Assembly: GCA_001443455.1 (NCBI GenBank)
Contig: LDXO01000009.1
Coordinates: 16,444 to 80,443 of the forward strand
From: Deltaproteobacteria bacterium CSP1-8
GTDB taxonomy: Bacteria; Desulfobacterota; Deferrimicrobia; Deferrimicrobiales; Deferrimicrobiaceae
Reading direction: 5' to 3'
Length of the DNA stretch: 64,000 bases
Positions 22,128-32,170 of the stretch are shown piece by piece. Below the pieces are notes generated by a model that had not been told where the DNA came from, made no database searches, and was given only the letters and a program-made list of their open reading frames with translations. The position numbers and the translations under genes are program-made. Position 1 is the stretch's first letter, and each line of letters starts with the position of its first letter.

Positions 22128-23147
22128 TTATCCCGGCAATTCCATGCCCGTCATCAAATGATCTTCCATGAATTTGATCTCCTCGATGCCCGACACCACG
22201 ACCTCGGGGTCGATCACGAGTTCTTTCTGCGGGATCTTGTTGTCATACTCGACTTTGGAAAGGATGTATTTGATGCAGTTGAGCCTTGCCTTCTTCTTGT
22301 TGTCGGAACGGATGATGGCCCAGGGAGAAATGGTCCGGTTGGTTTCATTGAGCATCTGGAATTTTCTTACGGTGTAATCATCCCACTTTTCCTGGGCTTC
22401 GATATCCACAGGGGAAATTTTGTATTGTTTCAAAGGATCCTTGATCCTCGATTGGAATCGGCGCATCTGTTCCTCCTTGGAAACGGAGAAAAAGAACTTG
22501 AACATGCTGATTCCATTCTTGACCAATATTTCCTCAATCAAAGGCACGTCTTTCAAAAAGCGTTTATGCTCCTCGTCGGTGCAGAACCCCATGGTCGGCT
22601 CGACCATGGCGCGGTTGTACCAGCTCCGGTCGAACAGGACGATCTCCCCGCCGGACGGCAGGTGTTGAAAATATCGCTGAAAATACCATTGTGTTCTTTC
22701 CCTGTCGCTGGGCTTGGGAAGCGCGACAACCCGGGCGCCCCGTGGATTCAAATGCTCCACGATCCTTTTGATCGTCCCTCCCTTTCCGGCGGCATCGCGC
22801 CCTTCAAAGATCAACAGGACCTTCTGTTCTTTGGCGATGACATGTTTTTGCCATTTCAATAGTTCGATTTGCATCTTTTGCAGTTCTTCTTCGTACTTGA
22901 GGGTAAATTTGCTCACCCAGATGGCCTGGCGGTTCTTCCCCTTTTTCTTGTCGATAAAACTGATGGCGGTGTGTTCTTTCAGCGCTTTCTCTGTTTTTTT
23001 GCCTTTTTTCTTTTTCTTCTTTTTTCCCTTTTTTCCCGATTTCGCTCCCTTTTCGGCTTCCTTCCCCTCTCCCTTCGCGTTTTCCCCGGGAGGGCTCGCT
23101 TCCGGTTCCTTGGATATCTTTCCTTCCTTTTTCTCCTCTTTTGCCAC
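22128..23147 (-). CDS. ppk2: Polyphosphate kinase 2 with a Lys-rich N-terminal extension
   Basis: FEGRDAAGKGG and FDRSWYNRA motifs. GTG at 23147 after GGAGG; alternative ATG at 23171. Confidence 0.93.
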   Translation of the reverse strand: MAKEEKKEGKISKEPEASPPGENAKGEGKEAEKGAKSGKKGKKKKKKKGKKTEKALKEHTAISFIDKKKGKNRQAIWVSKFTLKYEEELQKMQIELLKWQKHVIAKEQKVLLIFEGRDAAGKGGTIKRIVEHLNPRGARVVALPKPSDRERTQWYFQRYFQHLPSGGEIVLFDRSWYNRAMVEPTMGFCTDEEHKRFLKDVPLIEEILVKNGISMFKFFFSVSKEEQMRRFQSRIKDPLKQYKISPVDIEAQEKWDDYTVRKFQMLNETNRTISPWAIIRSDNKKKARLNCIKYILSKVEYDNKIPQKELVIDPEVVVSGIEEIKFMEDHLMTGMELPG

Positions 23148-23199
23148 CGCCCCTCCTCTGTCCTTCTCCAAGGGATTTCCTTTCCGATATTGCGAAAAA

Positions 23200-24147
23200 T
23201 CACACCAGGGATCTGCCGTATTTCTTTCGCTGCTTCTTCATCATCTGCAATTCCTTGTCCCCCGGGATCACGATCGCCGGATCCAGGGTGAAATCGAGTT
23301 CACGGCTCCTGCCTTTGTAGGGCACCGAATTGAGAATCAACTTCATCGTTTCCCGCCGGGCGAGATGCTTGTTGTCCGATCGGATCACCCACCAGGGGGA
23401 ATATTCCGTATGGGTCTTTTTCAGCAACATGTATTTCTTCTCCGTGAACTCATCCCACAATTCCTGGGCCTGCAGGTCGACCTCGGAAAGCTTCCACTGC
23501 CGGAGCGGATCATTCTTCCTTCTTTCGAACCGCTTCTTCTGCTCCTCCTTGGTCACCGAAAAATAGAGTTTCAGCAATATGGTCTTGCCGGCATCCTCGA
23601 GGAAATTCTGCTCATACGTGACGACCTTCTTCAGGAATCGCCGGTATTGGTCCTCGGTGCAAAATCCCATCACCGGCTCCACCAGTGCCCGGTTGTACCA
23701 GCTCCTGTCGAACAGAACGATCTCTCCCGCACGGGGGAAATGCTCGATATACCGCTTGATATGGAGTTCCGTTTTCTGGTCCTCGGTCGGTTTCCCCAGC
23801 GCGACCACGCGGGATCTCTTCTCGTTCATGTACCGGGTAATCCGGCGGATCGTTCCGCCTTTTCCGGATGCGTCGCGGCCGTCAAAAAGGACGACCATTT
23901 TTTTCCCGGATTTCTCCAGGTGGCGCTGCATCTTGATCAGTTCCGCCTGGTAAGGTTTCAATTCCTCCGCTTCATGATGAAACTTCAATGCCTCCCTGAC
24001 GATCTCCTCCTTGTCTTTCTTTCCGAGATGGTCCTGGATCTTTTGAATCGTTTTTCCCGGATCGGCGGATCGGTTTTTCGGTTCCACTTTCCTCACCACC
24101 TCCCGGATCTGCGCCGTCGAGCCATCCATTCCCTTTGTGATCTTCAT
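23200..24147 (-). CDS. ppk2: Polyphosphate kinase 2 (second paralogue)
   Basis: FDGRDASGKGG, FDRSWYNRA and DPLRQWKLS motifs. Confidence 0.93.
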   Translation of the reverse strand: MKITKGMDGSTAQIREVVRKVEPKNRSADPGKTIQKIQDHLGKKDKEEIVREALKFHHEAEELKPYQAELIKMQRHLEKSGKKMVVLFDGRDASGKGGTIRRITRYMNEKRSRVVALGKPTEDQKTELHIKRYIEHFPRAGEIVLFDRSWYNRALVEPVMGFCTEDQYRRFLKKVVTYEQNFLEDAGKTILLKLYFSVTKEEQKKRFERRKNDPLRQWKLSEVDLQAQELWDEFTEKKYMLLKKTHTEYSPWWVIRSDNKHLARRETMKLILNSVPYKGRSRELDFTLDPAIVIPGDKELQMMKKQRKKYGRSLV

Positions 24148-24164
24148 GACCGTTTCCGCTCCGC

Positions 24165-24887
24165 CTAGTTCAGCTTTGTCCCCGTTTCATACATTTTCCG
24201 ATAGATGTCGGGGAGACGATTCCTTTTCATACTCTCGGTCACCTGTTCGACAGGATACGGTATGCGGAAATGTTCCACGGAGATCTTCCCCGAATGGATC
24301 GAAAGAATGGCAAACGATGCTCGCGGATCACCGTCGAACATGCGCCCCGCGCTGCCCGGGTTGAGGAAGTGAACCTCGTCGACAATTTTATGAAAGGGAG
24401 CGTGCGAATGGCCCATGATCTGGACCTGGCAGAGGGAGTTCCTTGCCAGTTCCCGAAAACGGCTCTTCGGAACATCGGGGGACAAGGTTTCCTCCTCGTC
24501 ATCGGAGGTTCCGTGGGATACGCCGATGCGAATCCCGTCGATCGTGAAATCCCGTTGCCCCGGCAGGGATTGCAAATACCGTGCATTCCCGGGAAGGAGG
24601 GTTTCGCATGTCCAGTAATACATCACCCGTTTTTCTTCCCTGCGCGGTCTATCCAATGGTCTCCCCGCCAGGATTCGCAGAACCCGGTTGTCCGTATTCC
24701 CCACGATGCATAGGGTATTTCTCTTCTTCCGGAACCATTCGATCGTCTCGTTGGGAAAGGTACAATAAACAACCAGGTCTCCGGCGTTGATGACCCAATG
24801 GAACCGGTCCCGCTGGACAAAGGTTTCGATTGCTTGCAGCGCCGGGTAATTGGCATGGACATCACTCAAGACAAGAAATTTCTTCAT
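24165..24887 (-). CDS. Metallophosphoesterase (YfcE/calcineurin-like)
   Basis: SDVHAN, GDLV, GNTD, SHG, GHSH and NPGS motifs. Confidence 0.9.
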   Translation of the reverse strand: MKKFLVLSDVHANYPALQAIETFVQRDRFHWVINAGDLVVYCTFPNETIEWFRKKRNTLCIVGNTDNRVLRILAGRPLDRPRREEKRVMYYWTCETLLPGNARYLQSLPGQRDFTIDGIRIGVSHGTSDDEEETLSPDVPKSRFRELARNSLCQVQIMGHSHAPFHKIVDEVHFLNPGSAGRMFDGDPRASFAILSIHSGKISVEHFRIPYPVEQVTESMKRNRLPDIYRKMYETGTKLN

Positions 24888-24950
24888 GCAATGAAGTGCT
24901 GGCGATCCAGGGATTTTAAAACATAATTATAATTCGGCATGCCGATTTTG

Positions 24951-26492
24951 TCAAACAGAAGACGATCCGGCACCGAAAAGTTCCCGATAAACCTTCTGTT
25001 TGTGGATCGATGCATAGTCCGAAAACGTTTTCGCAAGGGCTTTTTTCGCTTTTCGCTTTTCCCTCTCCATCGTTTTGACCAGGGTGCCGATTGCCGCCAC
25101 GGTTTTTTTCGACCGGGAATCGTTCCAGGGCAGCTCCCCGGCAAGGTCCTGAAGACGTTGTTGCTGTACACGGAAGTCATTGTACTCCCCGAGAAAGTCC
25201 TGCAGCTTCTTCAATTGCCCGATCAGATCGTGGATTTTCTCGCGAGGAAACAGAGAGGAGAAAAACTCCAGAAGGTATCGCAGCTCCTTGCATTCAATTC
25301 GTAAAAGATGCAGCATATCGTCTGCCATGTTTTCAAGCATTACATTACTTATTTTCAAAATACGTCTGTATTTTTTATAGATTCTTTTTTGTGCCAGCTC
25401 TCGTACGGGGAGTTCCGCATTCGGCGAGTCCGGAAAATCGTTTCCCGGACCATTCAAGAACAGATCCCAATCCTGAATGATTTTCCGATATCTCCTCGTC
25501 TCCAAATGAGGAAGGAATTCCCAGAAAACCTGTGTCCGTTTTTCCCGCAAGTAGTCAAACAACGGACCGATATCGTCACGCTGCGCGGGGGGGAGCATCG
25601 CTTTGTAGATCCCCTCGTTCTGGAGATGGACATCCAGATCCCGCAAATCGTTGGAAAGCTTCCCCATAAAAGCAAAATCCTTTTTGAACCGTCTGGTGAC
25701 ATCGGCAGGGAATACCTGTTTCATCTGGCGCAACGCGGAGCGGGTGCGGCGGATGGCGACCCGGTAATCGTGGAGAAATTCCGTATCCCGGTCCTCCGCA
25801 AGGTGGGCTTCGTTGATCCGGATCACCTGCAGCAGGAAGCGCAGAATGATTTTGACTGCTTCTTCCGAACGCATGCGGGGGGCGGACGGGATCGTTACCT
25901 TGGTGGAATAATCGCCCGGAGTCCTGCCGGCGGCTTTCATCGCTTCCCAATAGATATTCCCGTTATCACCCGCCGGCGGGCCGTCCTTCTCCCATCGTTT
26001 CCTCACGGTCTGAAAAGATCCTGGCGCTCCTCTCACCGGCCTCAACCGGAAAGAAGTCCAAAAGGCGGGCCTCTCGTTGTCATCGGCCAGTCGACCTTCC
26101 TCGCAAACCAGTCGGGCCACGATGTTCCCGTCCCGGCTCAGGAGGCGATACGTCGTTGATCGCGTATCCACCTCCGCGAGTTTCTCCAGGGCCCGCACGG
26201 TAACGATCGGCGCCAGTTTCTCCTTCAAGTCGCCGTCCGGGAGATCCGACGAAAACACCGGGGGAGAGGAAACTTCGACGCTGTGCAGGATCGCTCTTCC
26301 ATGCAGTTTGCGTAAAACCATCTTGTTGCCGGATGCAACCAGGACGAGCGATCTCCGGAACAGGCGCCAGTCAAACGTGTCGAATAGGGAAAAACGACGG
26401 GACGTGGTTCGTTCTTTCCGGATCGAATACCGCCCGGCCAATTCGCGGATCAACGGCTGTTCATCGAACCCTTCTGGGAAAGGGGATTTCAA
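24951..26492 (-). CDS. CHAD-domain protein with a CYTH-like N-terminus
   Basis: FDTFDWRL in the N-terminus; CHAD motifs LHDYRVAIRRTRS, LRDLDV, HLLRIECKELRY and LQDFLGEYND. Confidence 0.88.
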   Translation of the reverse strand: MKSPFPEGFDEQPLIRELAGRYSIRKERTTSRRFSLFDTFDWRLFRRSLVLVASGNKMVLRKLHGRAILHSVEVSSPPVFSSDLPDGDLKEKLAPIVTVRALEKLAEVDTRSTTYRLLSRDGNIVARLVCEEGRLADDNERPAFWTSFRLRPVRGAPGSFQTVRKRWEKDGPPAGDNGNIYWEAMKAAGRTPGDYSTKVTIPSAPRMRSEEAVKIILRFLLQVIRINEAHLAEDRDTEFLHDYRVAIRRTRSALRQMKQVFPADVTRRFKKDFAFMGKLSNDLRDLDVHLQNEGIYKAMLPPAQRDDIGPLFDYLREKRTQVFWEFLPHLETRRYRKIIQDWDLFLNGPGNDFPDSPNAELPVRELAQKRIYKKYRRILKISNVMLENMADDMLHLLRIECKELRYLLEFFSSLFPREKIHDLIGQLKKLQDFLGEYNDFRVQQQRLQDLAGELPWNDSRSKKTVAAIGTLVKTMEREKRKAKKALAKTFSDYASIHKQKVYRELFGAGSSSV

Positions 26493-27001
26493 CGTGCGGA
26501 CTCATCCTGGTACCGTTTCGGATAGTCAAAAAATACCGATTCGCCTTTTCCTTTCTGCACCTTCTTCCAGTTGCTCACAGGGAAACGGATGCAGTAAACC
26601 CCGGTGGTCGGGATGTTTTGGACGGGACCCGGCTTGAGCAGCATTCCCGCGAAATCCATGAAATCCGGATTGTGTCCGAAAAGCATGACGGAGGTATTCT
26701 TGTCATCCAGTTTTTTCACCAGATCGAGCAGAACCGATGCGCCGCAATGGTACATCTTGTCGACAAACTGGATGTTCTTCCTGGGATAGCCGATCGCCTT
26801 GGCAATCAAATCGGCGGTCTTCCTGGCTCGTTTCGCGGGGCTGGACAGGATCAGGTCGGGCAGGATCTGTCGTTCCTTCAGTTTTTCCCCCATCAGGGGC
26901 GCATCCCGTCTCCCTCGTTTGTTCAAAGGTCGTTCGAAATCATCCAGGCGGGGGTTTTTCCAGCTCGATTTGGCGTGTCTGACGAGAATGATGGTCTTCA
27001 T
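26489..27001 (-). CDS. sixA: SixA-like histidine phosphatase
   Basis: LVRHAKS, DFERPLNKRG, SSPAKRA and GHNP motifs. Confidence 0.88.
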   Translation of the reverse strand: MKTIILVRHAKSSWKNPRLDDFERPLNKRGRRDAPLMGEKLKERQILPDLILSSPAKRARKTADLIAKAIGYPRKNIQFVDKMYHCGASVLLDLVKKLDDKNTSVMLFGHNPDFMDFAGMLLKPGPVQNIPTTGVYCIRFPVSNWKKVQKGKGESVFFDYPKRYQDESAR

Positions 27002-27251
27002 CTCCCGGACAGTCTCCTTCCTGCCGTGGGGTCAGTGTAAATTCCTCCCGGGTGCCTGTCGAACCGGCCGGCCTCCCCGGTAACCGGCTTCCCGCGCGGA
27101 TCGGCGCATGGACCCCCCCCACGGTACCTTTCCACGATCTCCTCAACGTGCATGGAGGAAATTCCTTTGCCGTGGAACGCGCGGGGCAGGAATATCCGGG
27201 CTTTCGGATCGACCCGGCCGGAAACGGGGCGGAATACGCGATTCCCGATCC

Positions 27252-27773
27252 TTACTGCTCCATCGTGAATTCCTGCATGTCGAACCAGAAACCGCTCTGG
27301 CCGATGGAGTCGATCTCCGCTTGCAGGATCTTCATATGGAGTTCTTCCTCCTTCGCCAGGGAGAGGAACATCTCCTTCGCCTCGGTGGACTTTTCCTTGG
27401 CGGCCAGGTCGAGGTAGAACTTGTTCGCGACGATCTCGCGCTGGACGGCGATCTTGAGGATTTTCACCTCGTCGAATTTCGCGATGTCCTCCGGACGGAG
27501 ATCCAGGTCCGCGTAAGCGCTCGAGTGGAACACGGCGGCCACCGCTTCGATCTCCTCCGCCTTGGGGAGCACCCAGGGCTTCCCCTTGAGGAGGCTCATG
27601 AGGTGCTTCTCGAGCTTGTTCAGGTGCCCCACCTCGTCGTCGGCCAGGTTGATCAGCACGTTCTTGGCCTTGGGGTCCTTGACAGCTTTGGCGAACTTGA
27701 TGTACGCGCTGATGGCATCCTTCTCGCGGTAGATGCCCCGGTGGATGATGGCGACCGCCTCGGACGTTTTCAT
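27252..27773 (-). CDS. Ferritin-like/rubrerythrin-family protein
   Basis: Two E...Y / ExxH half-sites (LADDEVGH, LAKEEELH). Confidence 0.85.
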   Translation of the reverse strand: MKTSEAVAIIHRGIYREKDAISAYIKFAKAVKDPKAKNVLINLADDEVGHLNKLEKHLMSLLKGKPWVLPKAEEIEAVAAVFHSSAYADLDLRPEDIAKFDEVKILKIAVQREIVANKFYLDLAAKEKSTEAKEMFLSLAKEEELHMKILQAEIDSIGQSGFWFDMQEFTMEQ

Positions 27774-27920
27774 GCCCTACCCCCTCCCAATGGTTTCACC
27801 GGAATCGATCGGTGGAAGACAAACGTACGGGTATCTTACTCCGAGACCGGGGAGTTGACCATACCATTCCTGGCATTCGGCGGCACTGCCCCCCCGGACG
27901 GCGGCAGGATTTTTCGCCTG

Positions 27921-28541
27921 TCAAATATCCAGGAAGAGCCAGGGACTCTTCCTCTTCCCTTCGCGCTCGTACTGGGCGATGTCCGGCTCGTGCTTGAGAG
28001 TGAGGGCGATCTCGTCCAGCCCCTCCAGCAGGCACTCCTTGGAAAACAACGCGATATCGAACGGGCACACGGCTCCGTCCGGGCCGGTCACGGTCTGTGC
28101 GGGCAGGTCAACCGAAATCACGTCTCCCGGGGAATCCTCGATGCTGCCGATCAGGCCGCGAACCTCGCCTGCTGCGAGTCTTACCGGCAGGAGCCCGTTC
28201 TTGAGCCCGTTGTTGTAGAAAATATCCCCGAACGAGGGAGCGATTACGACGCGGATCCCGTAGTCCATCAGGGCCCAAACGGCGTGCTCCCGCGAGGAAC
28301 CGCAACCAAAGTTCTCCCCCGTCACCAGGATCTTCCCGCCCCGGTACGGAGGCTTGTTGAGAGGGAAATCCGGCACTTCCCTGCCCCCCTCGTCATATCT
28401 CCAGGCGTGAAACAGGTTGTCGCCAAGCCCCGTGCGCTTGACGGTCTTGAGGAACCTGGCGGGAATGATGGCGTCGGTGTCCACGTTGCCCCGGTTCAGC
28501 GGGACCGCAATCGCGTTCAGGGAGACAAATTTCTCGATCAT
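27921..28541 (-). CDS. leuD: 3-isopropylmalate dehydratase small subunit
   Basis: NVDTDAIIPARFL and NFGCGSSREHA motifs. Confidence 0.95.
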   Translation of the reverse strand: MIEKFVSLNAIAVPLNRGNVDTDAIIPARFLKTVKRTGLGDNLFHAWRYDEGGREVPDFPLNKPPYRGGKILVTGENFGCGSSREHAVWALMDYGIRVVIAPSFGDIFYNNGLKNGLLPVRLAAGEVRGLIGSIEDSPGDVISVDLPAQTVTGPDGAVCPFDIALFSKECLLEGLDEIALTLKHEPDIAQYEREGKRKSPWLFLDI

Positions 28542-28544
28542 CCC

Positions 28545-29945
28545 CTAGAGCACCTCCCGCACGTCGCTGATCTTCCCGGCGACCGCCGCCGCGACTGCCA
28601 TCATCGGGCTCATGAGGTGGGTCCGGCCCCCCGGACCCTGCCGGCCCTCGTAGTTCCTGTTCGAGGTGGAAGCACACCGCTCGCCGGGCTTCAGGCGGTC
28701 CGGGTTCATCCCGAGGCACATGGAGCAACCGGGGAGCCTCCACTGGAACCCCGCCTCGAGAAAGATCCGGTCGAGCCCCTCCGCTTCCGCCTGCTGTTTG
28801 ACCAGCCCGGAACCCGGCACGACCATCGCCGTCACACCGTCCGCCACTTTCCGGCCGGCCGCCACCTTCGCAGCGAGCCGCAGGTCTTCGATCCGGGCGT
28901 TCGTGCAGGACCCGATGAACACCTTGTCGACCGGGATGTCGGTTAACCGCATCCCCGGTCGAAGATCCATGTACCGCATCGCCCGCTCCATCCTCTCCCG
29001 GACCCGGGGATCCGGCTGTTCGGCCGGGTCGGGAACGACGCCGGTCACGGGAAGAGCGTCCTCCGGGCTCGTTCCCCAGGTTACTTGAGGAACGATCCGG
29101 GAGGCGTCGATCGACACTTCCCGGTCGTAGGAGGTCCCGGGGTCGGAGACCAGCGTTTTCCAGTCCGCGACCGCAGACTCCCATTGGGACGCCCCCGGTG
29201 CCGCGGGCCGCCCCGAAAGATACGAGAAGGTCGTTTCGTCGGGCGCCACCATCCCGAACCGCCCCCCCCCCTCGATGGTCATGTTGCAGACCGTCAACCT
29301 CTCTTCCATCGACATTCGACGGATCGCCTCCCCCGTGTACTCGATCGCGTACCCCGAGCCCCCCCCGGACCCGATCTTCGCGATGATCGCCAGGATCACG
29401 TCCTTCGCGGAGACGCCTGCCCCGAGCATCCCCGTGACGTTGATCCGCATCTCCCTGGGCCTTGTCTGCCAAAGCGTCTGGGTGGCAAGGGCGTGCTCCA
29501 CCTCCGAGGTCCCGATCCCGAAGGCGACCGCCCCGAAGGCCCCCAGGGTGGAGGTGTGGGAATCGCCGCAAACGGCCGTGACGCCGGGCAGGATCAGGCC
29601 GTTTTCCGGGCCGGTGACGTGGACGATTCCCTGGCGGATATCGTCCATGTCGAACAGAGTGATGCCCGCGGCCAGGGCGTTTTCCCGCAGCGTCTCGATC
29701 TGGATCCGGCTGTCCGGATCCTCGATCCGCGTAAGGCGGTCCGCCGAGGTGGGCACGTTGTGGTCCGGTACCGCAAGCAGGGAAAAAGGCCGCCGCACCT
29801 TCCGGCCCGCCTGCCGCATCCCCTCGAAGGCCTGGGGGCTCGTTACCTCGTGCACCAGATGCCGGTCGATGTAGAGCAGGCACATCCCGTCGGGTCGTTC
29901 CGCCACAATGTGCCGGTCCCAGATTTTTCGAATGATCGTGGACAT
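28545..29945 (-). CDS. leuC: 3-isopropylmalate dehydratase large subunit
   Basis: [30 protein letters not shown] and STSNRN motifs. ATG at 29945 after AGGAG. Confidence 0.96.
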   Translation of the reverse strand: MSTIIRKIWDRHIVAERPDGMCLLYIDRHLVHEVTSPQAFEGMRQAGRKVRRPFSLLAVPDHNVPTSADRLTRIEDPDSRIQIETLRENALAAGITLFDMDDIRQGIVHVTGPENGLILPGVTAVCGDSHTSTLGAFGAVAFGIGTSEVEHALATQTLWQTRPREMRINVTGMLGAGVSAKDVILAIIAKIGSGGGSGYAIEYTGEAIRRMSMEERLTVCNMTIEGGGRFGMVAPDETTFSYLSGRPAAPGASQWESAVADWKTLVSDPGTSYDREVSIDASRIVPQVTWGTSPEDALPVTGVVPDPAEQPDPRVRERMERAMRYMDLRPGMRLTDIPVDKVFIGSCTNARIEDLRLAAKVAAGRKVADGVTAMVVPGSGLVKQQAEAEGLDRIFLEAGFQWRLPGCSMCLGMNPDRLKPGERCASTSNRNYEGRQGPGGRTHLMSPMMAVAAAVAGKISDVREVL

Positions 29946-30076
29946 GAGACTCCTTTGATGCAATCTATCGCAATCGGTTTTCCCGGGGCGGTATTTTTCC
30001 GCCGGGACAAGGGCAACCTTAACTGTTTGTAAAAAGGAGGAATCTCATCCCCGACGGGACGCATCTACAGCATAAT

Positions 30077-30210
30077 TGGGCGGGGACACTCCTCAACGCT
30101 TGGGGGGGACACTCCTCAACCGTGGGCGGGGACACTCCTCTCCCGCATCCCGGAGAGGAATCAGGAATGTCCCCGGTGAGAATGTCCCCCCTGGGGATGT
30201 CCCCGGTGAG
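30077..30210. repeat. Three direct copies of TGGG(C/G)GGGGACACTCCTC followed by three inverted, degenerate copies (…ATGTCCCC…)
   Basis: Direct copies at 30077, 30101 and 30123. Inverted copies at about 30163, 30179 and 30193. Confidence 0.85.
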
Positions 30211-30434
30211 TTGCGTCGAGCGGAATGGCAGCGAGCGGTCGCCGTTTCGCGAGTGCCGAAATAGCGCAGCCGTGCAGGTTCCCCGCACGGCGAGCCACGA
30301 ACGGAGCCCCCCTCCGAGGCTGCGGAGCGAAAGCCGCCCGCGAGCACCGGACACCTGGAGGGGAACTCCACAGGGCATCGGCTCGATATGAGACCGTAAT
30401 CACAAGACGCAGCACTTAGGAAAGAGAAACTCCC

Positions 30435-32153
30435 ATGACGGATCGGACCCTGAAACATCGCAGCAGCCTGCTCACCGGCACTCCGGGGGGAGCGGACTGG
30501 GCCAAGAGAGCGGCCGCGCGGGCCATGCTTCGTGCCGTCGACTTCACGGACGACGATTTCGTAAAGCCGATCGTCACGGTGGCCTGCCCTTTCACGAATG
30601 CCACCCCCTGCAACGACCACATCCGGGAATTGGGCGACATCCTGTTCCAGGAGATCGAAGGAGCCGGGGGGAAGCCCTTCCTTTTCGGCACGCCCGTCAT
30701 CAGCGACGGGGAGACGATGGGGATGGAGGGGATGAAGTATTCCCTGATGTCCCGGGACCTGATCGCCGACTGCATCGAGACGATGCACGAAGGATATGCC
30801 GCCGACGGGATTCTCACGCTTTCGGGATGCGACAAGAGCATCCCGGGCGCGCTCATGCCCATTCTCCGGAACAACTCCATCGGGTTGACCCTGTACGGGG
30901 GAACGATCCTGCCGGGGAGATACAAGGGGGAGGACCTGACGATCGTGAGCGCCTTCGAGGCGGTCGGCGCCCACGGGGCGGGAAAGATGACGGACGAGGA
31001 ATTGCACCAGGTGGAGTGCCACTCCTGCCCCGGCGCCGGTTCGTGCGGTGGGATGTACACGGCGAACACGATGGCGTCCATGATCGAGGCGATGGGGTTG
31101 TCCGTCCCGGGGTCCGCCTCGCACGCGGCGGTCGACCGGCAGAACCGGATCTCCCCGGAAAAGCGGAAAGACTGCGTCGACTCCGTCAAGGCGCTCCTGC
31201 TTCTTCTTCGCCGGGGAATCCGTGTCCGGGACATCGCGACGCGGGAGGCGTTCGAGAACGCCATCGCCGTGATGATGGCACTGGGCGGCTCGACAAACGG
31301 GGTCCTGCATATCCTCGCGCTGGCGCACGAGGCGCAGGTTCCGATATCGCTGGATGATTTCCAGCGGGTCGGGCAGGCCGTCCCGCTCCTGGGAAACTTC
31401 AAGCCCTTCGGGAAATACGTCATGGCCGACCTGGACCGGATCGGCGGCATCCCGATGGTCATGAAGACGCTGCTTAACGCCGGTCATCTCCACGGGGAGT
31501 GCCTGACCGTGACGGGGAAGACCGTTGCGGAAAACCTGGCGGACGCTCCGGGCCGTCCCGGCGGCCAGGACATCCTCTTCTCTCCGGATAGCCCCTACGC
31601 GCCGCCCGGGCGGCACATCACGGTCATTCGCGGAAACCTCGCCCCGGAAGGGGCGGTTTTGAAGTTGAGCGGGAAGGAACTGGACCACCACACCGGGCCG
31701 GCCCGGGTCTTCGACCGGGAAGAGGACGCGCTGGACGCGATCCTCTCCGGTGCCATCCGGAAGGGCGACGTGATCGTGATCCGCTACGAGGGGCCGAAAG
31801 GCGGGCCGGGAATGCGGGAGATGCTCTCCCCTTCCGCCGCGCTGATGGGGGCGGGGCTGGGGAAGGATGTCGCGCTGGTCACCGACGGCCGGTTCTCGGG
31901 GGGCACGCACGGGATCATGGTCGGGCATGTCGCCCCCGAGGCGCAGGCGGGAGGCCCGATCGCCATCGTCCGGGAGGGAGACCGCATCACCATCCATCCC
32001 GGAGACCGGTCGATTTCCCTCGAAGCGGGAGAAGCCGAAATCGCGGACCGCCTATCCCGGTGGAACGCTCCGGAGCCGCAATATCTGCGCGGCGTCCTGG
32101 GGAAATATGCAAAGCTCGTCGGTAGCGCCTCGAGGGGCGCGGTGACCAGTTAG
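30435..32153 (+). CDS. ilvD: Dihydroxy-acid dehydratase
   Basis: [20 protein letters not shown] and TDGRFSG motifs. Confidence 0.96.
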   Translation: MTDRTLKHRSSLLTGTPGGADWAKRAAARAMLRAVDFTDDDFVKPIVTVACPFTNATPCNDHIRELGDILFQEIEGAGGKPFLFGTPVISDGETMGMEGMKYSLMSRDLIADCIETMHEGYAADGILTLSGCDKSIPGALMPILRNNSIGLTLYGGTILPGRYKGEDLTIVSAFEAVGAHGAGKMTDEELHQVECHSCPGAGSCGGMYTANTMASMIEAMGLSVPGSASHAAVDRQNRISPEKRKDCVDSVKALLLLLRRGIRVRDIATREAFENAIAVMMALGGSTNGVLHILALAHEAQVPISLDDFQRVGQAVPLLGNFKPFGKYVMADLDRIGGIPMVMKTLLNAGHLHGECLTVTGKTVAENLADAPGRPGGQDILFSPDSPYAPPGRHITVIRGNLAPEGAVLKLSGKELDHHTGPARVFDREEDALDAILSGAIRKGDVIVIRYEGPKGGPGMREMLSPSAALMGAGLGKDVALVTDGRFSGGTHGIMVGHVAPEAQAGGPIAIVREGDRITIHPGDRSISLEAGEAEIADRLSRWNAPEPQYLRGVLGKYAKLVGSASRGAVTS

Positions 32154-32170
32154 AAAGGAAATCGGAGAGA

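Noticed and set aside
30077-30140. Possible CRISPR array
   Set aside because: Only three ~18-21 nt units with 2-4 nt gaps, no unique spacers and no cas genes.
29946-30434. Leu/Ile/Val attenuator leader peptide or T-box
   Set aside because: No short ORF rich in these codons and no T-box consensus on either strand.
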